Shown here piece after piece: positions 10,630-20,210 of a DNA stretch of 64,000 bases. Position numbers and translations under genes: made by a program. The DNA is from Nitrososphaeraceae archaeon (GTDB taxonomy: Archaea > Thermoproteota > Nitrososphaeria > Nitrososphaerales > Nitrososphaeraceae): NCBI GenBank assembly GCA_036554685.1, contig DATBMS010000031.1, positions 949 to 64,948 on the forward strand, given 5' to 3'. The notes below the pieces were generated by a model that saw only the letters and a list, made by a program, of their open reading frames with translations, did no database searches and was not told the origin of the DNA. The stretch's first letter is position 1; each line of letters opens with the position of its first letter.

Positions 10630-10875
10630 TTGATAGGTGAGACACAGCTCCGCGCAAGGAGAACAAGAATCAAAATTTTACAAGCGATTGCTGATAGCAA
10701 CGGGGCGGCAGGCTTTTCTGAAATAAAATACGCCACAGACTTGTCCACAGGTTCCATATACTACCATCTCGGAAGAATGGTTCGATATGTCATAAAAAAA
10801 TCGAAGCAGTACCATATAACAAATGAAGGTATAGAATTATTACGTGAGCACAACGCAGCGAGTACAATGAAATAG
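10630..10875 (+). CDS. Winged helix-turn-helix (ArsR-like) regulator
   Basis: RIKIL..FSEIK..LSTGSIYYHL..YHITNEG pattern. Confidence 0.75.
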   Translation: MIGETQLRARRTRIKILQAIADSNGAAGFSEIKYATDLSTGSIYYHLGRMVRYVIKKSKQYHITNEGIELLREHNAASTMK

Positions 10876-10933
10876 ACATTTACTTTATTACAGCCAAATT
10901 TTTATTCGTAATAGGCGGATTTTTTATCCTATC

Positions 10934-11881
10934 TTGTCATTGTCCCACACGGAGACGAAATTAAAAAGCAAATTAAAGAAAGTAGTTAGTAAATATCTTG
11001 ATAACTCGTTACTCTTGTCCGGTGGGTTAGATAGTAGTATATTGTGCTATTTGATGAGGCCCAAATTGAGCATTGTGACATCTTTGAGTGTAGATTCACA
11101 AGATCTAAAGTATGCAAAGAATGTCGCAAAAAAATATAGTGATAATCATGTTGAATGCATTGTCGATTTTGATGACATTGTTAGGATAGTTCCTAACATA
11201 GTAAAGACATTCAAAACTTTTGATCCACTTGAAATAAGAAATTCCGCAGTTATTTTCTTTGGACTAAGGCAGGCCAAGCAGAGCGGTTTTGGAAGTATAG
11301 TTACTGGAGATGGGGCGGACGAATTATTTGCAGGATATAATTATTTTCAAAGATATTTCGCAGATCTAAAAAAACTACAGGCGATTTTAGAAGACCTATG
11401 GAAAATAATGCGATTTTCATCAATAAAAATAGGAGAAACACTGGGAATAAGAGTAAATACTCCATATTTGGAAAAGCCTCTCTATGACTTGGCTACTTCA
11501 ATCGACATCTATGAAAAGGTAGGCGAACATGAGGACAAAAAGTGGGGAAAATTCATTTTAAGAAAGGCGTATGAAATGGAACTTGGCTCAATTGTATGGA
11601 GAAAGAAGATGGCATTGGAGGAAGGTTCTGGGTTTGATCAAATTTCAAATAAATTTGGAGGTCTGATCGATGATGAAGTATATGCAAAGGAATCAAAAAT
11701 TGCCGCACTTGATAAGGTGATAGTACGAGATAAGGAGCATCTCTATTATTATAGAATTTACAAATCATTTTTTGGATGTCCTCTAAAGGAGACATGCAAT
11801 TCACCTAGGTGTTCATTCTGTAGTGCGTGCTTAACGTACCCCAAATATTGCTATACATGCGGAGCTTTTCCCCCTGTCTGA
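10934..11881 (+). CDS. Asparagine synthase C-terminal-domain protein with Cys-rich tail (no glutaminase domain)
   Basis: LLSGGLDSS PP-loop, TGDGADELFAGY, K.ILR, WRKK; C-terminal CSFC..C..YCYTCG. Confidence 0.85.
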   Translation: MSLSHTETKLKSKLKKVVSKYLDNSLLLSGGLDSSILCYLMRPKLSIVTSLSVDSQDLKYAKNVAKKYSDNHVECIVDFDDIVRIVPNIVKTFKTFDPLEIRNSAVIFFGLRQAKQSGFGSIVTGDGADELFAGYNYFQRYFADLKKLQAILEDLWKIMRFSSIKIGETLGIRVNTPYLEKPLYDLATSIDIYEKVGEHEDKKWGKFILRKAYEMELGSIVWRKKMALEEGSGFDQISNKFGGLIDDEVYAKESKIAALDKVIVRDKEHLYYYRIYKSFFGCPLKETCNSPRCSFCSACLTYPKYCYTCGAFPPV

Positions 11882-11943
11882 ATTCCTTCTGTACACACTT
11901 CAAACCGTAAACGTCTAAATATCTTTTTTTTAGGAAATAATCT

Positions 11944-13293
11944 ATGGCTGGTATGGGAAGCAATCCATTTAAAAAATGCATAAACCCCTCATGTAACCTC
12001 ACATATGAAATCAATAACAATATACTCATCTGCAAATGCGGCTCATTTTTGGATATTATTTATCAATATAATTTTACGCGGGAATTAATCCAAGTATTCT
12101 ACCAACGTAGAAACCATGGTGAAAATATTTACAACGAAAGTGGAGTATGGAGATTTCGAGAACTAATCAATTTTGCCCATTTGGATACAGAAAATTTTCA
12201 ACAATGCTCAAAGATCCTGGTTTCACTTGATGGGTCTGAAGGGAGGCAATCCAAGCCTTACAAAATGAAAAAAGTATCAGAATATTCACTAATTGATTAC
12301 GATTCGCTTCTATTACAACCAGAAGGTTACAACCCCAGTGGCTCTTTTAAAGATAATGGAATGTCAACCGCTGTAACTCATGCCAAAATGATAAACATGA
12401 ATAGAATCATCTGTGCCTCCACTGGAAATACTTCAGCATCTGCTGCAATGTATGCCGCAAATGAGAATATTGAATGTGAAGTTTTTGTACCAAAGGGAGA
12501 GATTGCACCCGGCAAACTTGGTCAAGCATTCCAATTTGGCGCACAAGTAATTGAAGTTGATGGCAATTTTGACGATGCTTTATCATATTCATTGAATGAA
12601 GCACAGCAATTAGGTGCGTATACGGTAAACTCTATTAATCCATTTAGGATTGAAGGACAAAAAACAATATTATATAGAGCTCTAGAATACCTGGATTGGA
12701 ATCCACCTGATTGGATCGTTTATCCGGGCGGTGCCTTAGGAAACACTTCTAGTTGCGGAAAGGCCCTAATCGAACTATACAATCTGGGTTGGATAAAAAA
12801 AATTCCAAGATTGCTGGTGGTAAATGCAGAAGGAGCAAACACATTGTATGAATTAACAAATGGTTTGTTTGGAGGCAAGAAACTAACTTGGAATAATGGG
12901 AGGCCAGACATGAATTTGATTAAAGAATACTATATTGAAAAAGACAAGAAGGGTATCAAACCACATACCAAAGCTACCGCAATACAAATAGGCAAACCGG
13001 CTAATTTGATCAAGGCATTAAGATCTATGCACTTTACTAATGGTATAGTTACGCAAGTTTCCGATAAGGAAATGAGTGATGGAATGGCCTTAGTTGGGTT
13101 GAATGGTTTTGACTGTGAGATGGCCTCAGGTGCTGTGCCCGCAGGAATAAGGAAACTGAGGAAACAAGAGATAATAAAAAAGGACGATGTAGTAGTTGGA
13201 ATATTGACTGGAAAACAAAAGGATCCCAGATTATCAATTGATTATCATTTGAATAAAAACAATACATTTTCCAAACCCCCAGTAGCAAAATAA
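11944..13293 (+). CDS. thrC: Threonine synthase
   Basis: NPSGSFKD PLP-lysine motif, CASTGNTS, NSINPFRIEGQKT; N-terminal Cys knuckle. Confidence 0.93.
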   Translation: MAGMGSNPFKKCINPSCNLTYEINNNILICKCGSFLDIIYQYNFTRELIQVFYQRRNHGENIYNESGVWRFRELINFAHLDTENFQQCSKILVSLDGSEGRQSKPYKMKKVSEYSLIDYDSLLLQPEGYNPSGSFKDNGMSTAVTHAKMINMNRIICASTGNTSASAAMYAANENIECEVFVPKGEIAPGKLGQAFQFGAQVIEVDGNFDDALSYSLNEAQQLGAYTVNSINPFRIEGQKTILYRALEYLDWNPPDWIVYPGGALGNTSSCGKALIELYNLGWIKKIPRLLVVNAEGANTLYELTNGLFGGKKLTWNNGRPDMNLIKEYYIEKDKKGIKPHTKATAIQIGKPANLIKALRSMHFTNGIVTQVSDKEMSDGMALVGLNGFDCEMASGAVPAGIRKLRKQEIIKKDDVVVGILTGKQKDPRLSIDYHLNKNNTFSKPPVAK

Positions 13294-13295
13294 GA

Positions 13296-14060
13296 ATGTC
13301 TCACGATTTTTTATCACTAAATTACGAGAAAATAGTTCATCAAATAACTAAATTCATTTCAGAACAAGTAAAATCAAGAAAGAAAAATGGTGTGGTTATA
13401 GGATTGAGTGGTGGTCTTGATTCTTCTGTGTGCCTTGTACTAGCTTGCAAAGCACTGGGAAGGAATAGAATGTTTGGTCTTATCATGCCAGAAAGAGGAC
13501 AAACACCTCAAAAAGACATTATCAATGCTTATGATCTAGCACACAAGTTGAGAATTAAGTATAAGGAAATTCATTTTGAACACGCAAAAAAAATATTGCT
13601 AAGCGACCTGCCAAATGACAAACTCTCTGGCGGGAATCTATCAGCAAGACTTAGAATGGCCCTTCTATACCACTATGCGGGCAAGAACAATCTATTGGTA
13701 CTAGGAACCTCAGATAAAAGTGAACTGATGATTGGTTATTTTACAAAATTTGGCGATGGCGGATCTGATATACTTCCCCTTGGTGGATTGTACAAGAGTC
13801 AAGTAAAGATATTGGGAAAAAAATTGGGACTTTCTGAACATATTATTAATCAGCCAAGCAGCCCCAGGTTTTGGAAGGGACATGTAGCAGAAAAAGAACT
13901 TGGGCTCACATATCATGAGATAGATACAATTTTACGATATTATCTTGAAAATAATTTGGCTAGCTGTAATTTGAGCAAAAAGAAGAAAAAATTGGTAACT
14001 GATATGGTTAGAAAATCTCGACACAAGAGGGAACTGATACCAGTTTGCAACCCGACATAG
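13296..14060 (+). CDS. nadE: NH3-dependent NAD+ synthetase
   Basis: GLSGGLDS, NLSARLRM, GYFTKFGDG, LYKSQV; no glutaminase domain. Confidence 0.95.
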   Translation: MSHDFLSLNYEKIVHQITKFISEQVKSRKKNGVVIGLSGGLDSSVCLVLACKALGRNRMFGLIMPERGQTPQKDIINAYDLAHKLRIKYKEIHFEHAKKILLSDLPNDKLSGGNLSARLRMALLYHYAGKNNLLVLGTSDKSELMIGYFTKFGDGGSDILPLGGLYKSQVKILGKKLGLSEHIINQPSSPRFWKGHVAEKELGLTYHEIDTILRYYLENNLASCNLSKKKKKLVTDMVRKSRHKRELIPVCNPT

Positions 14061-14096
14061 TTTGACTTTTATACTGTTTAAAACATTTGAATAAGG

Positions 14097-14300
14097 TTGC
14101 CAATATCTATTAGTCAGTTAAAGATTATTTCCATCGTTGCAACTGTTGTAGGGATTTACGGACTTGTGGTATTTATACAGATAAATTCCCCGATATTTCT
14201 GTTCACTTCAATTGCTAATTTGGGCCTTGCAGCTTTTTTTTGGTATAAGTATACAAAAAAAAATAAGCAACCTTTGTCCAAAAAAGGCAATAAGACATAG
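14097..14300 (+). CDS. Small two-TM membrane protein
   Basis: Two hydrophobic helices and a Lys-rich tail; fills the gap between nadE and the J-domain gene. Confidence 0.6.
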   Translation: MPISISQLKIISIVATVVGIYGLVVFIQINSPIFLFTSIANLGLAAFFWYKYTKKNKQPLSKKGNKT

Positions 14301-14311
14301 TACTTACATAT

Positions 14312-14725
14312 CTAAGGAAGGAACAGTATCAGTAGGGCCATTGACGCAAGTGAAGCAAGAAGTATGATTGTTGCCTTCCACATTGCTTTGGAGGCCTTTT
14401 CGCCAATATCCCATATTCCTCCTCCTCCATATGTGCTTTTTATTCTCGAGTAGCTGTAAACTTTATCGAAGTCAGCTGATGGTGTCCAGGAAAAATCATA
14501 TTTGGGTGTACTCTTTCTAATGGTAATTGACTCGTCATAATTTTTTTTACCATTTGCGTCAGACAACACTTCATATGCTTCGACTATTCTCATGAATTTT
14601 TCCTTGGATCCTTCGTCCTTATTCTTGTCCGGATGATACTTCAGTGCAAGTGTCCTGAATGATTTCCTAATTTCATCTAATGAAGCATTCTTGTTCAGTT
14701 CAAGGGCTCTGTAGTAATCATCCAC
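14312..14725 (-). CDS. J-domain (DnaJ-like) protein with C-terminal membrane anchor
   Basis: DYY..L..A...EI...YHPDKN...AYEVLSD; hydrophobic C-terminus. Confidence 0.9.
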   Translation of the reverse strand: MDDYYRALELNKNASLDEIRKSFRTLALKYHPDKNKDEGSKEKFMRIVEAYEVLSDANGKKNYDESITIRKSTPKYDFSWTPSADFDKVYSYSRIKSTYGGGGIWDIGEKASKAMWKATIILLASLASMALLILFLP

Positions 14726-14889
14726 ATGTTATTTGACAAATATCAAATAAATAATCATTTCACATTTTCAGCGAGAGTTTTAGGAACTTTGATAGCAAAT
14801 GTCCTGATACTCGTTATAGCGGTTCAAAATTTTACCTCTAAATATGATAGCAAGCATCATATACACGGACAAAATATCATTAATTATTT

Positions 14890-15183
14890 ATGAGTGCGGA
14901 AAATCCTGATACGAAATTCATTGTTCCCGTTAAAGGGGTGGAGAAAAGTATCAAGTTGGATGACAGGGCTAAAAAAGAATTACAATCTATCGGAATGATG
15001 GATGAAAAAGGCAAATTGAAATTAAAGGGTGTAAGTCCTAAAATGTTAAAGCGAATGAAGCTTGAGGCTGTTGATTGTCCTGTTTTTGAAAAGGAATTGG
15101 GATTCATACAGTGCTATGTATGCAGTAACTTCCATAGTAGAACTATGGGTAAAGTCTATTGTAAAGGAGAACCATTAACGTAA
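14890..15183 (+). CDS. Hypothetical protein with four Cys (possible metal site)
   Basis: 97-aa ORF with CPV..CYVC..C, co-oriented just upstream of proS. Confidence 0.7.
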   Translation: MSAENPDTKFIVPVKGVEKSIKLDDRAKKELQSIGMMDEKGKLKLKGVSPKMLKRMKLEAVDCPVFEKELGFIQCYVCSNFHSRTMGKVYCKGEPLT

Positions 15184-15214
15184 CATTACAAAAAAAATCT
15201 TGTAGTAATGCGAC

Positions 15215-16657
15215 TTGACAAAAGAAATAGGGATAACAGTAAAAAAATCGCTTGATTTCAGTGATTGGTATACTCAATGCGTACTCAAATCAGGTATAGC
15301 AGATTATTCACCTAGTAAAGGTTTCATTATCCTTCGTCCATATGGCTATGCAATATGGGAAATTATTAGAGAGATATTAGACGAAGAATTAAAGAAAACA
15401 GGACATAAGAATGGTTTTCTCCCAGTGTTAATACCGGAAAGTCTCCTTACTAAAGAGAAGGATCATTTTGATGGATTTTTGCCAGAAGTTTTTTGGGTTA
15501 CGAAATCAGGTGATTGCGATCTCGGTGAAAAATTGGCAGTCAGACCAACTTCAGAAACTCTTGCTTATTCTATGTTCTCAAAATGGATATCGAGTTATAG
15601 AGATTTACCACTAAAATTAAATTTTTGGAATAGTGCTTTGAGAGCTGAAATAAAATCTACCAAACCGTTAATTAGAAATTCAGAATTTCTTTGGCAGGAG
15701 GGACATACAGCTCATACTGATGAAAATGAGGCTAACAAAGAGGTTAGCATGATACTTGATATTTATAAAATGTTGATAGAAGAATATCTAGCCATTCCGA
15801 CCGTTTCGGGATTCAAGACTGACAAGGAGAAATTTGTTGGTGCAAAGTACACTACTTGTCTAGAATCAGCAATGGCGGATGGAAAGGCATTACAAATGGC
15901 TACATCCCATCATTTGGGTCAAAATTTTTCAAAACCGTTCGAGATAAAATTTCTAGATAAGGATACGGCAGAACACTACGTCTGGCAAACTTCCTGGGGA
16001 ATTTCTTGGAGAGTAATTGGCGCCATAATAATGGTTCATGGAGATGATAAAGGTCTTATACTCCCACCCAAGATTTCGCCAACACAGGTCATCATTGTTC
16101 CTATTTATAAGGATGAAAGCAAGACAGTCGTCAAACAAAAGGCATATGAATTAGAGCAAAAACTAAAAGATTCTCTGATTCGTGTTCAGACAGATGACAG
16201 AGACGAGTTTACCTCAGGTTGGAAATTTAATGATTGGGAGATGAAAGGAGTGCCTCTAAGAGCTAATATTGGACTTCGAGACATACAAGAAAATCAAGTC
16301 GAATTGATAAGGAGAGATACTAAGGAAAGATTTTATGTCAAAGAAAAAGAACTTGTTAACCAAACCTTGTCCATTTTAGAGAAAATACAGTCAAACATGT
16401 TTGATCGTGCAAATAACCTTCTTCAAGAAAAAACAAGATCTGCGGCAACTTTGGAAGAACTACTCTCAGTACTTGACACAACTGGGGGCTTTGTATTGTG
16501 TAGCTGGTGTGGAAAGAGGGAATGTGAGGACCTTGTTAAGGAAAAAACAACGGCCGATATCAGAATAGTCCCATTTAATCCTAAAAATAATATTTCATCA
16601 TGCATTGGATGTGGAAACCAAGAAACGATCGACGTATATTTTGGTAGAGCATATTAG
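15215..16657 (+). CDS. proS: Proline--tRNA ligase (archaeal/eukaryote type)
   Basis: RPTSET, EFLWQEGHT, TSHHLGQNF, HGDDKGL, C-terminal GRAY. Confidence 0.97.
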   Translation: MTKEIGITVKKSLDFSDWYTQCVLKSGIADYSPSKGFIILRPYGYAIWEIIREILDEELKKTGHKNGFLPVLIPESLLTKEKDHFDGFLPEVFWVTKSGDCDLGEKLAVRPTSETLAYSMFSKWISSYRDLPLKLNFWNSALRAEIKSTKPLIRNSEFLWQEGHTAHTDENEANKEVSMILDIYKMLIEEYLAIPTVSGFKTDKEKFVGAKYTTCLESAMADGKALQMATSHHLGQNFSKPFEIKFLDKDTAEHYVWQTSWGISWRVIGAIIMVHGDDKGLILPPKISPTQVIIVPIYKDESKTVVKQKAYELEQKLKDSLIRVQTDDRDEFTSGWKFNDWEMKGVPLRANIGLRDIQENQVELIRRDTKERFYVKEKELVNQTLSILEKIQSNMFDRANNLLQEKTRSAATLEELLSVLDTTGGFVLCSWCGKRECEDLVKEKTTADIRIVPFNPKNNISSCIGCGNQETIDVYFGRAY

Positions 16658-16683
16658 GAAAGAGATTAAAGTTCTGAGAAGAA

Positions 16684-17322
16684 TTGAATATTGAAGAATT
16701 ATTTTCATTTTATGACGATTTTGGATATCTAGGCATCTTACTAATTAGTTTCGTTGGTAGCATCATTGTCTTTGTTCCTGTCCCATATTTTCCGGTGTTG
16801 ATTACAGCAACATTTAATGAAAACTTGAATCCTACACTGATTGCACTCTCAAGTGCAATAGGCGCAGTGATAGCAAAATTGATTATTTTTTATGCCAGTT
16901 ATTATGGTAGAAATATTCTCAGTTCAAAAATTAAGGGAAAAATGGTTCCTCTACAGAGATTACTTGCTAGGTATGGCGCTATAGGTGCATTTGTTGCAGC
17001 CGTTAGCCCGATACCAGATGATATCGTGTATATTCCATTAGGTCTTGCTAAATATAGTCCATGGAAATTTGCAACAGCGACATTCCTCGGAAAGTTTGTA
17101 TTAAATGAAATTTTCGTTTTGGGAGCTATCTATTTAGGAAAGCCCTTTGTAAACAACCTTATGTCTAATTCAACAAATATAGATTACCTTATCATAGTAA
17201 CTATTGCTAGTATAGCAGCTTTGGGAGTAATAATTTATTTCGCCTTGAAAATAGACTGGGCGAAAATTATCGGACACTGGTTTCCATGGACTTTGGACAA
17301 GGACCAAGGGAATGGCAAATAG
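16684..17322 (+). CDS. DedA/VTT-family membrane protein
   Basis: PVP..., SPIPDDIV..PLG...Y..WKF...GK pattern; several TM segments. Confidence 0.85.
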   Translation: MNIEELFSFYDDFGYLGILLISFVGSIIVFVPVPYFPVLITATFNENLNPTLIALSSAIGAVIAKLIIFYASYYGRNILSSKIKGKMVPLQRLLARYGAIGAFVAAVSPIPDDIVYIPLGLAKYSPWKFATATFLGKFVLNEIFVLGAIYLGKPFVNNLMSNSTNIDYLIIVTIASIAALGVIIYFALKIDWAKIIGHWFPWTLDKDQGNGK

Positions 17323-17538
17323 TAACTACTGTATTTTTTTCTATCTCAATCAATGGTGAAAGACGAAATCTTTGATTTTCTAATTGTATGAATCTGCAAC
17401 ATCGCATTGAAACTCCTTGACAGTTAAGTTTCAACAACTGAGTTGTTAATTGATTACTGTTTTCATTTTGAAATATTTCCCTTACTTGATAAGTTGAAGA
17501 TAAAATGGAGCTTGAAATTCAAAACAAAATAACAGCTT

Positions 17539-18693
17539 TCAAATATTTTGTTCATTTTTCTTGCTTAGGCGCAAATGTGTTATACCTAGGAAAGTTATCT
17601 GGAAGAGCATTGCAATAACTACTGACATTGATATACCATCGGTTCCATATTGTTTTCCAAGAATAACAATAAGAATAATCTGCGTAACTTGATAGGTTAT
17701 AGAAGAAAAAAGTACGTAGCGGGTTAGTTTCATTGCCAAGAATTTTGAGTTAAGCATACTCGTAATCATCATTGGAATGATCCCAAAAGTCAGAATTCTT
17801 ATGGAATTTAGTGAATTAATATAGTTTGGAAAGAAGACTTGGAGAATTACGGGAGCTAAAACGAATACTAGTATGGTTATAATTACAGAAAGGGCTATTC
17901 CATACAGTCGTAGTCTGTTTCTTTTGCTTCCACTTGATTCTTCAGGTATTAAATATTGATAGAAGCTGACTGAAATCATACTGAAAAACATCAAGAACTG
18001 AAATCCCAATTGATAATAACCCAGAATTGTATATCCGTAAATAGGAGCAATAATTAATTTATCAAAATACAACAACAATGCGTTGGAGAGATTATAAGAA
18101 TATAGATGCAATGATGTTTTAAATTCCTTTGCAATCTTATCAAAGTTTTTACTAAATTGTGGAATAGTCTTAAAGTAAGTAATGCTAAAAGCAAAGAAAG
18201 AGATTATGAAACCTATAATAATTCCTTGAAGTCCAAAAAAACTATACAGTATTATTGACAAAACAAGTTGTGATCCCCTCGAGCCAATTATATTGATTGC
18301 ATATTTCCTGTATAACTTTCTACTCAACAGCTCATAGGATGACATCATCCAAAAAGCCATTCCCATCACAAACAATCCAAGTAACCAGTTAAAGAGCGAG
18401 GCGATTATGGCACAAACCGTAGCAGAAATTAGGATCACCTGATTAGCCTGTACATCTATTTTCTTGTGGCCTTGAGGTACTAGGGTTGTTACCGCCGTAT
18501 TGAGACCAAGTAACGAGACGCTAGATGCCAAGGAACCAATTGCTATGACATAATTTATTTGTCCATATTCATGAACATCCTGGAACATGGCCAACAAGAG
18601 CCAGAAAATTCCAGTAAGGGTTGCTCCAACAAAATTACCAACAGTTATGTAGATTAATCCTTCATGATGACGAACCGATTTGAATATCTTGTC
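17539..18693 (-). CDS. Oligosaccharide flippase (Wzx/MOP family); 5' end irregular
   Basis: Polytopic membrane protein with YG.I.Y, DKLII..G.Y, YG..G motifs. Frame stays open to 18693 including the first TM (GLIYITVGNFVGATLTGIFWLLL); nearest ATG (18697) is 1 nt out of frame. Confidence 0.8.
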   Translation of the reverse strand, partial: DKIFKSVRHHEGLIYITVGNFVGATLTGIFWLLLAMFQDVHEYGQINYVIAIGSLASSVSLLGLNTAVTTLVPQGHKKIDVQANQVILISATVCAIIASLFNWLLGLFVMGMAFWMMSSYELLSRKLYRKYAINIIGSRGSQLVLSIILYSFFGLQGIIIGFIISFFAFSITYFKTIPQFSKNFDKIAKEFKTSLHLYSYNLSNALLLYFDKLIIAPIYGYTILGYYQLGFQFLMFFSMISVSFYQYLIPEESSGSKRNRLRLYGIALSVIITILVFVLAPVILQVFFPNYINSLNSIRILTFGIIPMMITSMLNSKFLAMKLTRYVLFSSITYQVTQIILIVILGKQYGTDGISMSVVIAMLFQITFLGITHLRLSKKNEQNI

Positions 18694-18771
18694 TCATCTC
18701 CAATATGTCAATTATTACGGGTATAATTTGAATCATTGTAGAATATATCCAATCTGCATTTCTCACCGTGT

Positions 18772-19830
18772 CTACGCTTTTTTTTCAGTGGATTTTGAAA
18801 TCATGTTAAACCATGCCCTTGTTTCACTTTTAGCGATATAGCAACTTATTCCCGATAGAAATGAATTTAACAGTTTTTTTTCTTCTTCCAATAATTCAAA
18901 TGCGGTCTTTCCATTAATTGAAATGTATTTTAGTAATTCGGCATACGGTGGAAAAATAAAAGCGTCATCACTATTTTCAACAGCAAGATCAAGCGCAGTG
19001 GTAGTATCGAGTTGAATGAATTCATTACCTTCCCTTTTGAGAAAGTACAGTTTATCTACTTTGGTATCCTTTTTTATTTTTGCATCTTGCAGAATTGAAT
19101 TGATACTATATTTTGGGGGTCTTATCATAGATTGACCAATAGTATTTATGGTAAAAATAGGTACGTTTAGCTTTGCTAATTTGTGCATAAAAGCTCGACC
19201 TGTTTTCGAATGAACTAGACTTCGAAGCCTCAAACTGCGATCAGTATCCCGAGAATTAGAAACACTAACAGCAGTTTTAAAAGTATGGGAGCTGATAGTC
19301 ATAGGTTTCGGAAAACACAAGGCCACATTGGGCAACCTAATTATTGTCATATCATCTGATAGAAAAGAAAATCCCTTTTTGACGCATTTCAAAACAGTTG
19401 TCGTTTTTCCGGTATCCGGTGGAGCAGACATGAGTAATCCGGAAGCATTCTTGTCCAGACATGCAGAGTGCAATAATATGAATCCCCTTGATATGAAAAG
19501 AAATCGAAGCAATGGTTCGACTAGATTAACATAGAGTACATGCTTGGAGTTGGATATCAATTTGTTGATAGTTACTTCAATTCTCTCTCCAAATTCAATA
19601 CTGAATTGAGCACCGGCTGAACCAAAATGTTCTGTATAGAGTATCTTGTGCGTATTATTTGATCTGTCTTCTATTATTTTTCTTGTAAATCTCAGTCCCC
19701 CTTGTAATGAATCAGAAGTCTTTATACTAAGATCTGATTTTTCGAATTCTTTTGACTTGAAGTACTCTAATTCGTACAAAATCACATCTGATTCAACTTT
19801 TATTATGTCATGAATATTATAGTAATACAA
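18772..19830 (-). CDS. HPr kinase/PEPCK-type P-loop kinase
   Basis: LLHSAC...APPDTGKTT (Walker A)...FLSDD signature. Confidence 0.75.
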   Translation of the reverse strand: MYYYNIHDIIKVESDVILYELEYFKSKEFEKSDLSIKTSDSLQGGLRFTRKIIEDRSNNTHKILYTEHFGSAGAQFSIEFGERIEVTINKLISNSKHVLYVNLVEPLLRFLFISRGFILLHSACLDKNASGLLMSAPPDTGKTTTVLKCVKKGFSFLSDDMTIIRLPNVALCFPKPMTISSHTFKTAVSVSNSRDTDRSLRLRSLVHSKTGRAFMHKLAKLNVPIFTINTIGQSMIRPPKYSINSILQDAKIKKDTKVDKLYFLKREGNEFIQLDTTTALDLAVENSDDAFIFPPYAELLKYISINGKTAFELLEEEKKLLNSFLSGISCYIAKSETRAWFNMISKSTEKKA

Positions 19831-20210
19831 CTGAATTTAAATAGATATATCAAACTTGAGCACTATATTAAAGTTATAGCAGTTACTATCTAGATTTAGT
19901 AAAAGATCTTAATTTTGACATCTCAAATTGTAAAGATTCAGGATAATTGTTATAGAAAAATTGATTATTATTAATAAAGATAGTTACGATTCAATACTAA
20001 AAAAGAGTCTTATGTTCAATACTTTGAATACCTAATTTAGGTAGAAATTATGGTTTTGTATTAATATCTTGTTTTCAGCTATCAAGACGTGTATTTTGTA
20101 AAAGGGCTACTTACTAGTCATAAAATTAAATCATATAGAGTATCCAAGCCGTTCATAGTCTTCCTAGTTTTTATGATAATTTATGATATATTGGCGGTGA
20201 CTCTTTTCAA

